Source: an uncultured Candidatus Saccharibacteria bacterium (lineage in GTDB: Bacteria > Patescibacteriota > Minisyncoccia > Phycocordibacterales > DATGWK01). Taken from it: 64,000 nucleotides of DNA. The notes below the pieces were generated by a model. That model was not told the origin of the DNA, ran no database searches, and worked only from the letters and a program-made list of their open reading frames with translations. The stretch spans positions 79,082 through 143,081 of the forward strand of contig CAZBJL010000001.1 in assembly GCA_964492195.1 (NCBI GenBank). Reading direction: 5' to 3'. This document shows, in pieces, positions 47,946 to 56,722 of this stretch; the stretch's first letter is position 1, and the number at the start of each line of letters is the position of its first letter. Both the position numbers and the translations under genes were made by a program.

Positions 47946-48016
47946 TGCCGGATCGTCTAAAGGTAGGACAAGAGACTTTGGATCTCTTTATCTTGGTTCG
48001 ATTCCAAGTCCGGCAG
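47946..48016 (+). tRNA. tRNA-Gln(TTG)
   Basis: TGCCGGA...TCCGGCA-G; anticodon arm AGAGA-CTTTGGA-TCTCT. Confidence 0.95.
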
Positions 48017-48233
48017 CAGTATTTTTCTAACTTGCTTCGCAAAGCTGGATAGAATCATTTATAGAGAGTACTTGCCTAAAACCTACTTATGTGCTATATT
48101 TTTTAAGGATCGATCTTTAACACAGAAAGGATAAAGACATATAAAAATATGTGAGTTGTGAGTTTCATCCATCGCGCTTGTGTGCGGTGGATTCTTGTTC
48201 AGTGTCAGTTGTATCGCATTAGGAGTGATAGAG

Positions 48234-48938
48234 ATGAAATCATCGTTCGTTCGTATTGTGGCTACGTGCTTGTCCATTGTCCTTACGTTGCTCGACCTGA
48301 GTTCAGCCAAGGCTGACACGATCAGTACCTGGAACGTCGGCTCCGGCCAACCGCAGGACAACTTCTTGCTCACGCAGGTCTCGGCATTTCCCGGTGGCAT
48401 GCTCGAGCTCGGTCAGCGGGCGATCTTCCGCCAGTCGGCAACACCTGTTGCACTGACGGGTGACACGTACCTCGTGTACTCTGGTTTCCAGACTGCAGGC
48501 GAGTACGGCGCGCCCACAACTGTCACGAATCGCAATCGTTGGAATTTCGATTACCACATCTCCTACGGAGGTGGAGTCCAGAACTTGGACAGTCTCACCA
48601 TGACGATCATGAGCCCTTCCGGCAACACCGTCATGGCGCCATTTTTCGACATGAAGGTTGCCAACAACGACAACGTCACCGGCAGTACACCGTTCCCCGG
48701 CGGCGATTCCCAGAACCCCGTGTTCTTCATTCAAGATTCGCAAAATCCGGTTTTCGCGCCGTGGTTCGCGCCAAGTTTCGACATGAACGTCGAAGGCATC
48801 TACACCTTCACGCTCACAGCTGTTGAAGCCAACACCACCATCACGCAGGTCATGCACCTGAACGTCGTTCCGGCTCCGGGCTCGTTCGCTCTTCTCGGCC
48901 TCGGTGGCCTTGCAGCTGCACGTCGTCGTCGTCGCTAA
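48234..48938 (+). CDS. secreted PEP-CTERM sorting-domain protein
   Basis: Signal peptide (...AKA-D), C-terminus VPAPGSFALLGLGGLAAARRRRR; SD AGGAG; TTGCCT-17-TATATT promoter. Confidence 0.85.
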   Translation: MKSSFVRIVATCLSIVLTLLDLSSAKADTISTWNVGSGQPQDNFLLTQVSAFPGGMLELGQRAIFRQSATPVALTGDTYLVYSGFQTAGEYGAPTTVTNRNRWNFDYHISYGGGVQNLDSLTMTIMSPSGNTVMAPFFDMKVANNDNVTGSTPFPGGDSQNPVFFIQDSQNPVFAPWFAPSFDMNVEGIYTFTLTAVEANTTITQVMHLNVVPAPGSFALLGLGGLAAARRRRR

Positions 48939-48962
48939 TCCTTTCTTCGTTTTTGTTCCCAC

Positions 48963-48990
48963 AAGGGCACCTCACAGGTGCCCTTTTTCT
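48963..48990 (+). terminator. intrinsic terminator
   Basis: AAGGGCACCT-CAC-AGGTGCCCTT followed by a T run. Confidence 0.75.
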
Positions 48991-49048
48991 TTTATAAGGA
49001 TATTCTTACGCTGGCTACAGACATATTTTTTGATGTTAAAATAATTCA

Positions 49049-50023
49049 ATGAACAAAAAGATTTTTATTACGCGGAAAATTTCAGATGCAGGGATCGAAA
49101 TGCTTTCAAAGAAAGGGTACCAGGTTGATGTATATCCAAAGGATCGAATTCCAACTCAAAAGGAAATCATCACCATTCTTAAAAAAGGTTCATATGATGC
49201 TGTACTGTGCCTTTTAACAGACAAAATTGACGCTCAAGTATTCGACGCGGCGCCAACAGTAAAAATGTATGCCAATTACGCAATTGGTTTTGATAATATT
49301 GACGTTGTCGAAGCTAAAAAGCGTGGAATTTGTGTCACAAACGCTCCTGGTGACCTCACAACAGAAGCCGTCGCCGAACACGCCATGGCTCTCATGCTCG
49401 CTCTTTCGGCGCGTATTGTTGAAGCAGATGCATTTGTCCGCAAAGGAAAATACAAAGGTTGGATGCCAATGGGCTTTATCGGTGAGGATCTTGCAGGCAA
49501 AACGCTTGGCCTTATCGGGGCGGGGAGGATTGGTGAGCGAACTGCGCATTATTCAAAAGGGTTTGGTATGAAAATTTTATATACTGATTTAAACCAAAAT
49601 ACCCAGCTTGAGCAGGAACACGGTGCGATGTATCGCAACACTGTTGAAGAAATTTTGGCGGAAGCTGATGTGGTCAGTCTCCACGTGCCGCTCCTTACTT
49701 CAACACGACACCTTATGAATGAACGTCGACTCCGACTTATGAAGCCGACAGCATTTCTCATTAATACCTCTCGCGGACCTATTGTCGATGAAAAAGCTCT
49801 TGAAAAAGTTTTGAAGCAAAAGGGTATCGCGGGGGCGGCCTTGGATGTGTATGAATTCGAACCAAAGATTTCTCCAGGTCTCCGAAAACTCCAGAACGTT
49901 GTGCTGACGCCTCATATTGCTTCGGCAAGTCGTCAGGCACGAAATCAGATGGCAGAAATTGCCGCACAGAACATTGTCGACTTTTTGGAAGGCAACAAAC
50001 CGAAACACGTTGTTAATGCGTAG
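49049..50023 (+). CDS. D-2-hydroxyacid (glyoxylate/glycerate) dehydrogenase
   Basis: GFDNID, GAGRIG, LINTSRG, LDVYEFEP, LTPHIAS. Confidence 0.92.
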   Translation: MNKKIFITRKISDAGIEMLSKKGYQVDVYPKDRIPTQKEIITILKKGSYDAVLCLLTDKIDAQVFDAAPTVKMYANYAIGFDNIDVVEAKKRGICVTNAPGDLTTEAVAEHAMALMLALSARIVEADAFVRKGKYKGWMPMGFIGEDLAGKTLGLIGAGRIGERTAHYSKGFGMKILYTDLNQNTQLEQEHGAMYRNTVEEILAEADVVSLHVPLLTSTRHLMNERRLRLMKPTAFLINTSRGPIVDEKALEKVLKQKGIAGAALDVYEFEPKISPGLRKLQNVVLTPHIASASRQARNQMAEIAAQNIVDFLEGNKPKHVVNA

Positions 50024-50103
50024 TTTGGCTGGTGGGGAGTCCCCATACCACTCCTCTGGGGCATGATATGATAAGTGGGCATTAATAATAGATAATAATA
50101 AAT

Positions 50104-50358
50104 ATGGCAAAAACCAATTCCGCGTTCATGAAACCTATGACTATCAGTGCTGATCTCGCCGAAGTCGTCGGTAAGGGTCCTATGCCTCGGTCAGAAGTTG
50201 TGAAGAAGCTCTGGGTCTACATCAAGAAAAATAATCTTCAGGATCCTAAGAACAAGCGCAACATTGAAGCTGATGCACCTCTCAAGAAAGTCTTTGGAGG
50301 TAAGGGTACCGTCAACATGTTTGAAATGACAAAACTCGTTTCAAAGCATCTTTCATAG
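50104..50358 (+). CDS. SWIB/MDM2-domain protein
   Basis: S..LA.VVG....R.EVVKK.W.YIK.NNLQDP.NKR.I. Confidence 0.92.
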   Translation: MAKTNSAFMKPMTISADLAEVVGKGPMPRSEVVKKLWVYIKKNNLQDPKNKRNIEADAPLKKVFGGKGTVNMFEMTKLVSKHLS

Positions 50359-50386
50359 TTCTGCATTGTTTGTATTAGTTTTTCTA

Positions 50387-50514
50387 AACCCAGCCCACAA
50401 GGAGAGTTTCCGCAGCCAGGTCGCATTTTCGTCATGAATTTTCGAAAATGCGACCGTGGGCGAGAGTAGCCGAAATCCAGCAGGATTTACGGCGCTCTCC
50501 TGAAGGGCTGGGTT
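50387..50514. repeat. structured intergenic repeat, copy D (core on minus strand)
   Basis: AACCCAGCCC/GGGCTGGGTT and AGGAGAG/CTCTCCT stems; minus-strand core GCCG(T)AAATCC-TGCT-GGATTTCGGC-TACTCTCG-long hairpin-CTGCG. Confidence 0.75.
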
Positions 50515-50522
50515 AAACCTCC

Positions 50523-51308
50523 ATGATAGACATCAAAAACGTCACAAAAAAGTACGATACATTTACTGCCGTTGATAATATTTCTCTCCATGTAAGTAAG
50601 GGTGAGGTTTTTGCCTTTCTCGGCCCAAATGGTGCAGGAAAATCCACTACGATCAAAATGCTTACGACTCTTTTGCATCCAACATCGGGCGAAATTTTTC
50701 TCGATGGCCATAACGTAAAAGAGAATCCACACCAAACTCGTCGTTCTTTCGGTATTGTGTTTCAAGACCCAAGTCTCGACAATGAACTCACTGCGTACGA
50801 AAACATGCAGCTCCACGCGATTCTCTACGGCGTTCCAAAGAATGTATACATAGAACGAATTGCGAAACTTTTGAAGCTTGTTGAACTTGAGGATCGAAAA
50901 GATTCATTTGTAAAAACCTTTTCTGGCGGCATGAAGCGCCGACTCGAAATTGCTCGCGGACTTCTTCATACGCCAACCGTCCTTTTCCTCGACGAACCAA
51001 CGATTGGTCTTGATCCGCAGACTCGAAATCATATCTGGAATTACATTAAGAAGTTGAATGAAGAGGAAAACGTAACGATTTTCTTTACAACGCATCATAT
51101 GGAAGAAGTAGAACGATACGGTACCAAGATCGCTATTATCGATCACGGCAAAATTATTGCCCAAGGAACTATCGATGAAATTAAGTCCCAAGCGTCAGCA
51201 GAAAATCTCGAAGATGCCTTCATTGCTCTTACGGGAAAACAAATTCGTGCCGAGGTTGGCGATGTGTCGAAAAATCTTATGAGAACGAGTCAGAGACTGA
51301 TGCGATAA
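50523..51308 (+). CDS. ABC exporter ATP-binding protein (DrrA-like)
   Basis: GPNGAGKS, FSGGMKRRL, LDEPTIGLDP. Confidence 0.93.
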   Translation: MIDIKNVTKKYDTFTAVDNISLHVSKGEVFAFLGPNGAGKSTTIKMLTTLLHPTSGEIFLDGHNVKENPHQTRRSFGIVFQDPSLDNELTAYENMQLHAILYGVPKNVYIERIAKLLKLVELEDRKDSFVKTFSGGMKRRLEIARGLLHTPTVLFLDEPTIGLDPQTRNHIWNYIKKLNEEENVTIFFTTHHMEEVERYGTKIAIIDHGKIIAQGTIDEIKSQASAENLEDAFIALTGKQIRAEVGDVSKNLMRTSQRLMR

Positions 51309-51312
51309 AATT

Positions 51313-52059
51313 ATGAGAACAATCTATATTTTGTGGATACGACAGCTTAAAAGGTATATCCGAAAGAAGGCTACAATTGTCGGTTCTCTTGGTCAGCCGG
51401 TGATTTTCCTTTTCGCACTCGGTTTTGGCTTGAGTCCGATTTATGCCAAGGCGGGAAGTGGTGACTATATTCAATTCATTGCCCCCGGCATTATCGGTAT
51501 GACGGTTCTCTTCAGCTCAATTTTTAACGGTGTTGAAATCATTTGGGACAAGCAATTTGGTTTTTTGAAAGAAACATTTGTTGCTCCTGTTTCTCGGTTT
51601 GAGATTTTTATCGGCAAAACGTTGGGCGGTGCGACGGTTGCTATCATTCAGGGCAGTCTCGTATTCCTCATTACCCTTATTGCAGGCTTTCGTCCGGTAA
51701 GTCTCGCAATGATTCCCGTTGCTTTTTTGTTTCTCGTTTTGATTTCGTTTCTCTTTTCGGCTTTGGGAAATGCGATCGCCGCACGTCTCGATGACATGCA
51801 AGGCTTTCCGCTCATTATAAATTTCGTTATTCAGCCACTTTTCTTTCTTTCCGGTGCACTCTTTCCACTTCAGGGTTTGCCCGTAGCCCTTGGTGTAATA
51901 ACGAAAATCAATCCGCTTTCCTACGGCATCGACAGTCTTCGTTTCGCCTTGAGCAATAGTAATATTTTCTCTCCATGGACGAGTCTCGCGGTTCTCCTCG
52001 GTGTTTCTATCGGGTTGGTATGTTTCGGTGTCTATCAGTTTTCAAAGATCGAACTCTAA
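51313..52059 (+). CDS. ABC-2 type permease
   Basis: Six TM, FIAPGI, FLSGA.FP, NPLSY; follows the ATPase. Confidence 0.9.
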   Translation: MRTIYILWIRQLKRYIRKKATIVGSLGQPVIFLFALGFGLSPIYAKAGSGDYIQFIAPGIIGMTVLFSSIFNGVEIIWDKQFGFLKETFVAPVSRFEIFIGKTLGGATVAIIQGSLVFLITLIAGFRPVSLAMIPVAFLFLVLISFLFSALGNAIAARLDDMQGFPLIINFVIQPLFFLSGALFPLQGLPVALGVITKINPLSYGIDSLRFALSNSNIFSPWTSLAVLLGVSIGLVCFGVYQFSKIEL

Positions 52060-52063
52060 TTGC

Positions 52064-52846
52064 ATGAAAAAATCTGGAGAATCAAAACCAAACTCATCAA
52101 CTTCCTGGGGATCGGTTGCTCATTGGTATGACGAAATGCTTTCAGGCGATGACACGTACCAGGCAAAAGTAATTTTGCCAAATCTCCTTCGACTTCTTCC
52201 ACCAAAAGATAAAAAAATACTCGACATTGCCTGCGGCCAAGGATTTTTTTCAAAAGTTTATGCTGAAGGAGGTGCGGACGTTTTTGGCGTCGACATTTCT
52301 CCCGAGTTAATTAAAAAAGCAAAGGAACATACGAGTTCGAACCCCCGTTTTGAAGTTTCGCGAGCAAGTGAGCTTGATTCTGTGCAGAACGAATCTTTTG
52401 ACGGAGCGTTTATTGTTTTGGCGCTTCAGAATATTAAAGAACTAAACGAAACAATACGAGAAGCCGCGAGAGTGCTCGTGCGTGGCGGAACACTTGTCAT
52501 TGTTCTCAATCATCCCTGTTTTCGAATTCTCAAATCGTCTTCATGGGGCTATGACGAAGCACAAAAGATTCAGTATCGCCGAGTAGATGCGTACGGCAGA
52601 CCATTTTCTACTGAAGTAGAGATGAATCCTGGTGCGAAAAATCCGGCAGAAAAAGTGCACACCCTTTCTTTTCACAGACCCCTTCAAGAATATTTTAAAG
52701 CGTTTGCAAGTGCTGGACTTGTTGTTGTTGGTCTTGAAGAATGGATTTCTCATAAAAAAAGTGAAGCAGGGCCGCGCGCGCAGGCCGAGGATATAGCCCG
52801 GAAGGAATTCCCTCTCTTTTTAACGATCATTGCCAAGAAACTTTAA
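52064..52846 (+). CDS. class I SAM-dependent methyltransferase
   Basis: LDIACGQG, GVDIS, RVL..GG, HPCF; start at MKKSG. Confidence 0.9.
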   Translation: MKKSGESKPNSSTSWGSVAHWYDEMLSGDDTYQAKVILPNLLRLLPPKDKKILDIACGQGFFSKVYAEGGADVFGVDISPELIKKAKEHTSSNPRFEVSRASELDSVQNESFDGAFIVLALQNIKELNETIREAARVLVRGGTLVIVLNHPCFRILKSSSWGYDEAQKIQYRRVDAYGRPFSTEVEMNPGAKNPAEKVHTLSFHRPLQEYFKAFASAGLVVVGLEEWISHKKSEAGPRAQAEDIARKEFPLFLTIIAKKL

Positions 52847-52949
52847 AAGTTGTCTTGTTTCTTTAGGTTTGTTACTCTTTACGTGGAATTGAAAGCTGTA
52901 AGCGCGGCTTATAAGAGCGCTTGGTGGAACTTTGAAAAGGGAGAAACGT

Positions 52950-53690
52950 ATGATCAAGCCAACACGGCGTGACCTGTTTAACGGATTGGCAGAGAAGTGG
53001 AAACGCCACTATTTCAGTGCTGGCGCACGGTGGAAGTGGAATCCAGAGGGAGACGAAACACTTCCGCACGCAGCTCTCACTACAGCAGTGCATGCGGATC
53101 AATTTCTCAACACTGACTGGTTGAATCGAGATCCGCTTTTGGTTGAGGAAGCTGCGACGGACATGATCACTGTGTTGGAAGCCATCGGTTTCGATTTCGA
53201 CCAACCGGACTATGTGGCGGGGCCGGTCTACGGTTCGACGTGTTTGGCGTTTTGTTTGGCTTCTCTCATCTCGCGTCATCGCGATCGTCATTGTTACTCT
53301 GTGCCAATCCTGAAAACGGGGTGTGGGGCAGCCATGAAGATGTCCCTGCGAGGCTGCTTGGTGGAAGAGGGTGACGAAGTGCTGATCGTTGATGACGTCC
53401 TGGCAACAGGAGGAAGTCTGCACCTGGCACGTGAAGCCGTGCTCGCTGAAGGGGCTCTCGTCATTCCGACCTTTTTGGTGATGGCGAACAGGATGGACGT
53501 CGAAGAAATTCCTGGTGGGAATGTTCTTGCTCTGATGAAGGACCTGATGCCTACGTATGCAATTTCGAAGTGTCCGATCTGTGAGAAGACTCAAGACCAA
53601 TCAAAGGCGATTTACCCTAAGGAGGGTAAGAACTGGCGAACTCTCATGGCTCCGAAGTCGTCCCGAACTCAAGCAACTGCGAAGGTTTAA
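52950..53690 (+). CDS. divergent orotate-PRT-like phosphoribosyltransferase, stand-alone cassette
   Basis: PRPP motif VLIVDDVLATGGS, C-terminal CPIC; SD AAGGGAG; terminator AGCCCGTCC/GGACGGGCT-T5. Confidence 0.75.
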   Translation: MIKPTRRDLFNGLAEKWKRHYFSAGARWKWNPEGDETLPHAALTTAVHADQFLNTDWLNRDPLLVEEAATDMITVLEAIGFDFDQPDYVAGPVYGSTCLAFCLASLISRHRDRHCYSVPILKTGCGAAMKMSLRGCLVEEGDEVLIVDDVLATGGSLHLAREAVLAEGALVIPTFLVMANRMDVEEIPGGNVLALMKDLMPTYAISKCPICEKTQDQSKAIYPKEGKNWRTLMAPKSSRTQATAKV

Positions 53691-53843
53691 TCTCATCTAG
53701 CCCGTCCACATGGACGGGCTTTTTTATTGCCCGATTGTCTTATATTAGGCAAAAAGGCGGGCATCGTGTATAATCCCCGCAGTGCAAAGGCGCTGAAACA
53801 AAGTCGAGTTTCTAGGTATAGTAATAACAAAAAATCAAATCAT

Positions 53844-54041
53844 ATGAACGGAACAATCAAAACTCTTACAGATAAAGGATTTGGATTCATTTCTCGCCCA
53901 GGCGAAGCAAAGGATCTTTTCTTTCATTCTAAAGAATTGAATGGCGTTACTTTTGACGAACTTAAAGTTGGCGATATGGTCACTTTTACAGTTGTTGAAG
54001 GCGACAAAGGCCCAGCTGCTACAAACGTTTCTCGCGCGTAG
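53844..54041 (+). CDS. cold-shock protein
   Basis: KGFGFI (RNP1), LFFH (RNP2), KGPAA.NV. Confidence 0.95.
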   Translation: MNGTIKTLTDKGFGFISRPGEAKDLFFHSKELNGVTFDELKVGDMVTFTVVEGDKGPAATNVSRA

Positions 54042-54118
54042 TCAGTAAAGAAAAAGCCGCTTCATGGAAACGTGAGCGGTTTTTTCTTGGGCGATTTTGT
54101 GTGATACAGTGATTCTTC

Positions 54119-55582
54119 ATGGCAAAACAAGACACAGTTATATCTTTTGAAAAGGTTTCATTTGAATACGGGCATAACAAACAAATCCTCGATGAGGTGG
54201 ATTTTTCTATTCGCCGTGGAAGGAAGGTAACTGTGATGGGTCAAAACGGCGCCGGCAAAAGCACCCTTTTCGAGCTCGTTACAAAGTCCATCGTTCCCGA
54301 ATCTGGTCGAATCAATATTTTAAATGGCACAACTATTGCGATTTCTAAACAAGTCATTCCTCGCGATGAAATGGATCTTTCTGTGCGAGACTTTTTCCTT
54401 AAACGTTTTACTAAAAAGGTGTACGATATCGACCCGCGGATTGATAAGGTGTTAGAGGTTGTAAACCTTGTTGGGCACAAAGACGTGCACGACCGTATCA
54501 TCAAATCTTTTTCTGGTGGCCAGCAAGCGCGTTTGCTTCTCGCATCAGCTCTTATTCAGGATCCAGACATTTTGCTCCTCGATGAGCCAACGAATAATCT
54601 CGACAAAGCAGGAATCGAACATCTTACCCAGTTTCTTATTGAGTATAAAAAAACTGTTATCGTCATTTCCCATGATGCGGACTTTTTGAATGCATTTACA
54701 GACAGCGTGCTCTACCTCGACGTTCATACGCATAAAATCGAGCAGTACGCAGGAAATTACAAAGACGTGGTAGAAGAAATCACTGCGCGAATTGATAAAG
54801 AAAACCGCAAGAACGCCCAGCTTGCAAAAGAAATCCAAGACAATAAAGACAAAGCAAACTTCTTTGCCCAAAAAGGTGGCCAGATGCGTCTTGTTGCAAA
54901 ACGAATGCGTGAAAAAGCCGAGGAGCTCGAAGAAGAAAAAGTTGATGTGCGAAAAGAAGATCGAACGATCCGACCATTCATTATTCCTGTGCAAGAAAAT
55001 ATTACCGGCGAATTTCTCCATATTTCTTCTTTCAGTGTTCTTGGTAAAAATTTCAAACCCGTTGTTCGTAAAGCAGACATTTCTTTAAAAAAGGGCGAGC
55101 ATTTATTGCTCAAAGGTCCAAACGGCATTGGCAAAACAACGCTCATTGAAGCGATTGCAAAAGGTGAAGCAAAGGGGACTGAAATCACCAAAGGTGTGAA
55201 AGTTGGTTTGTACCGCCAGGATTTTTCAACGCTTAATTTTGAGGACACGGTTTACGAATCTCTTCTCCGCAACATGGAACGTCACGAAGAAGAGCGTCTC
55301 CGCAGTGTTGCCGCAGGTTTTCTCATTAACGGCGATCTCATCAAGTCCAAAATCGGCAGTCTTTCTGAAGGTCAAAAAGGACTCGTGGCATTTGCTGGTC
55401 TTGTGTTGCTCCAGCCGGGACTTTTGATTCTCGACGAACCGACAAATCACATTAATTTCCGCCACATTCCGCTTATTGCTGAAGCGTTACATAAATTTGA
55501 AGGAGCGATGATTATGGTTTCCCACGTTCCGGAATTCGTTGAGAAAATTAAAATCGATGAAATTTTAGATTTGGAGAAGTAG
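54119..55582 (+). CDS. ABC-F family ATPase
   Basis: Two ABC domains (GQNGAGKS, GPNGIGKT, two LDEPTN), no TM. Confidence 0.92.
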   Translation: MAKQDTVISFEKVSFEYGHNKQILDEVDFSIRRGRKVTVMGQNGAGKSTLFELVTKSIVPESGRINILNGTTIAISKQVIPRDEMDLSVRDFFLKRFTKKVYDIDPRIDKVLEVVNLVGHKDVHDRIIKSFSGGQQARLLLASALIQDPDILLLDEPTNNLDKAGIEHLTQFLIEYKKTVIVISHDADFLNAFTDSVLYLDVHTHKIEQYAGNYKDVVEEITARIDKENRKNAQLAKEIQDNKDKANFFAQKGGQMRLVAKRMREKAEELEEEKVDVRKEDRTIRPFIIPVQENITGEFLHISSFSVLGKNFKPVVRKADISLKKGEHLLLKGPNGIGKTTLIEAIAKGEAKGTEITKGVKVGLYRQDFSTLNFEDTVYESLLRNMERHEEERLRSVAAGFLINGDLIKSKIGSLSEGQKGLVAFAGLVLLQPGLLILDEPTNHINFRHIPLIAEALHKFEGAMIMVSHVPEFVEKIKIDEILDLEK

Positions 55583-55618
55583 GCTTGATATATTTCTTCG
55601 ATGGTGTATCTTGACTCC

Positions 55619-55815
55619 GGGTGCGTTTCGAAAAATGGTGGAGTTACAACCACCGCTGCTAAAGAGGTAGCAGGAAAGGATTGGTAAAACCTAGTGCGGC
55701 TAGCGCTGCACAAAAACCATCCTCGACAGCTTACATGATGGTCTCCTTAGCCAGGAGAGTCCGGGCATCTGGGCACCTCTAAAGACGCCTCTACCACATG
55801 GGGGCGTCTTTTTTA
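55619..55815 (+). ncRNA. candidate structured ncRNA (~195 nt)
   Basis: TTGATA-16-TATCTT upstream, multiple hairpins, GGGTGC/GCACCT closing stem, terminator AAAGACGCCTC/GGGGCGTCTTT-T. Confidence 0.45.
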
Positions 55816-55863
55816 TATAAGAGAGTGCTGTAAACTTGTCGTAAGTGGTGATTGGAATATGAA

Positions 55864-56607
55864 TTACCCCAAATCAAGTGCGTGCAAAAATGTTTCTAAC
55901 TCTTCGCCTTCGATTTTTCTATGACCGCCTTGGTTGAGATTGCCGAGGTTGATATTCATGATTCGAACGCGTTCGAGGTCGTCGACTTCCTGAAAGAGCG
56001 CAGCACACATGCGGCGGATCTGATGCTTTTTTCCTTCGGTCAAAATAACTTTGAATTTTCTTTCAGTAAGGATCTGAACTTTGCAGGGCGCGGTCATTTC
56101 TGATTCGATACGGACACCCTTTTCCATATTTTTCTTGAAGCTTGTGCGGAGTTTTTCTTTTGTGATCACGATGTACTCTTTTTCGTGAGCAAATTCTTTG
56201 CCGAGGAGCCGTTCAGTAATGCGACCGTCGCTTGTGAGGATGATGAGTCCGTGTGAATCTTTGTCGAGTCGGCCAATAGGGAAGACGTCTTTGAGGGCAA
56301 CGACGTACTTAATTTCTTTTTCATTTCCTTGAGCCGAATGAGTCACAACGCCACGAGGTTTGTTGTACGCAAAGTACACGTGTGGTTTTTGTTTGCCGGT
56401 AAATCTAACTTCAACATTGTCATGTTCGTTAACTTTGTCACCAAGGACTGCAAGCCGACCATTCAAAAAGACCTTCTTTTGTTTGATAAGGTCGTCCGCT
56501 CCGCGTCGAGTAGAATGTTTTCGGTACGCGAGGTATTTGTTAATACGCATAGGAAAAAGCGGCTTTTCAGGGCTTTGTGGGTGTAGTGGTCTTTGTGGCG
56601 ATTTCAT
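55864..56607 (-). CDS. rRNA pseudouridine synthase (RsuA/RluF family)
   Basis: S4 domain MRINKYLA, GRLDKDSHGL, EGKKHQIRRM. Confidence 0.93.
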   Translation of the reverse strand: MKSPQRPLHPQSPEKPLFPMRINKYLAYRKHSTRRGADDLIKQKKVFLNGRLAVLGDKVNEHDNVEVRFTGKQKPHVYFAYNKPRGVVTHSAQGNEKEIKYVVALKDVFPIGRLDKDSHGLIILTSDGRITERLLGKEFAHEKEYIVITKEKLRTSFKKNMEKGVRIESEMTAPCKVQILTERKFKVILTEGKKHQIRRMCAALFQEVDDLERVRIMNINLGNLNQGGHRKIEGEELETFLHALDLG

Positions 56608-56722
56608 GGTGTGGGCAGTGTAACATAGAAATTGCTAATAGTATTGATTTCACTTATATATCATGTTATTCTTACGTCTCAATTATCGACCGGAAGGTCG
56701 TTTTTAATTCAAAATTTAATTC

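Noticed and set aside
17064-50514. Five-copy element as a CRISPR array, attC sites or hammerhead ribozyme
   Set aside because: Copies are dispersed, not regularly spaced; no cas or integron integrase; no RYYYAAC/GTTRRRY ends; no CUGAnGA/GAAA core.
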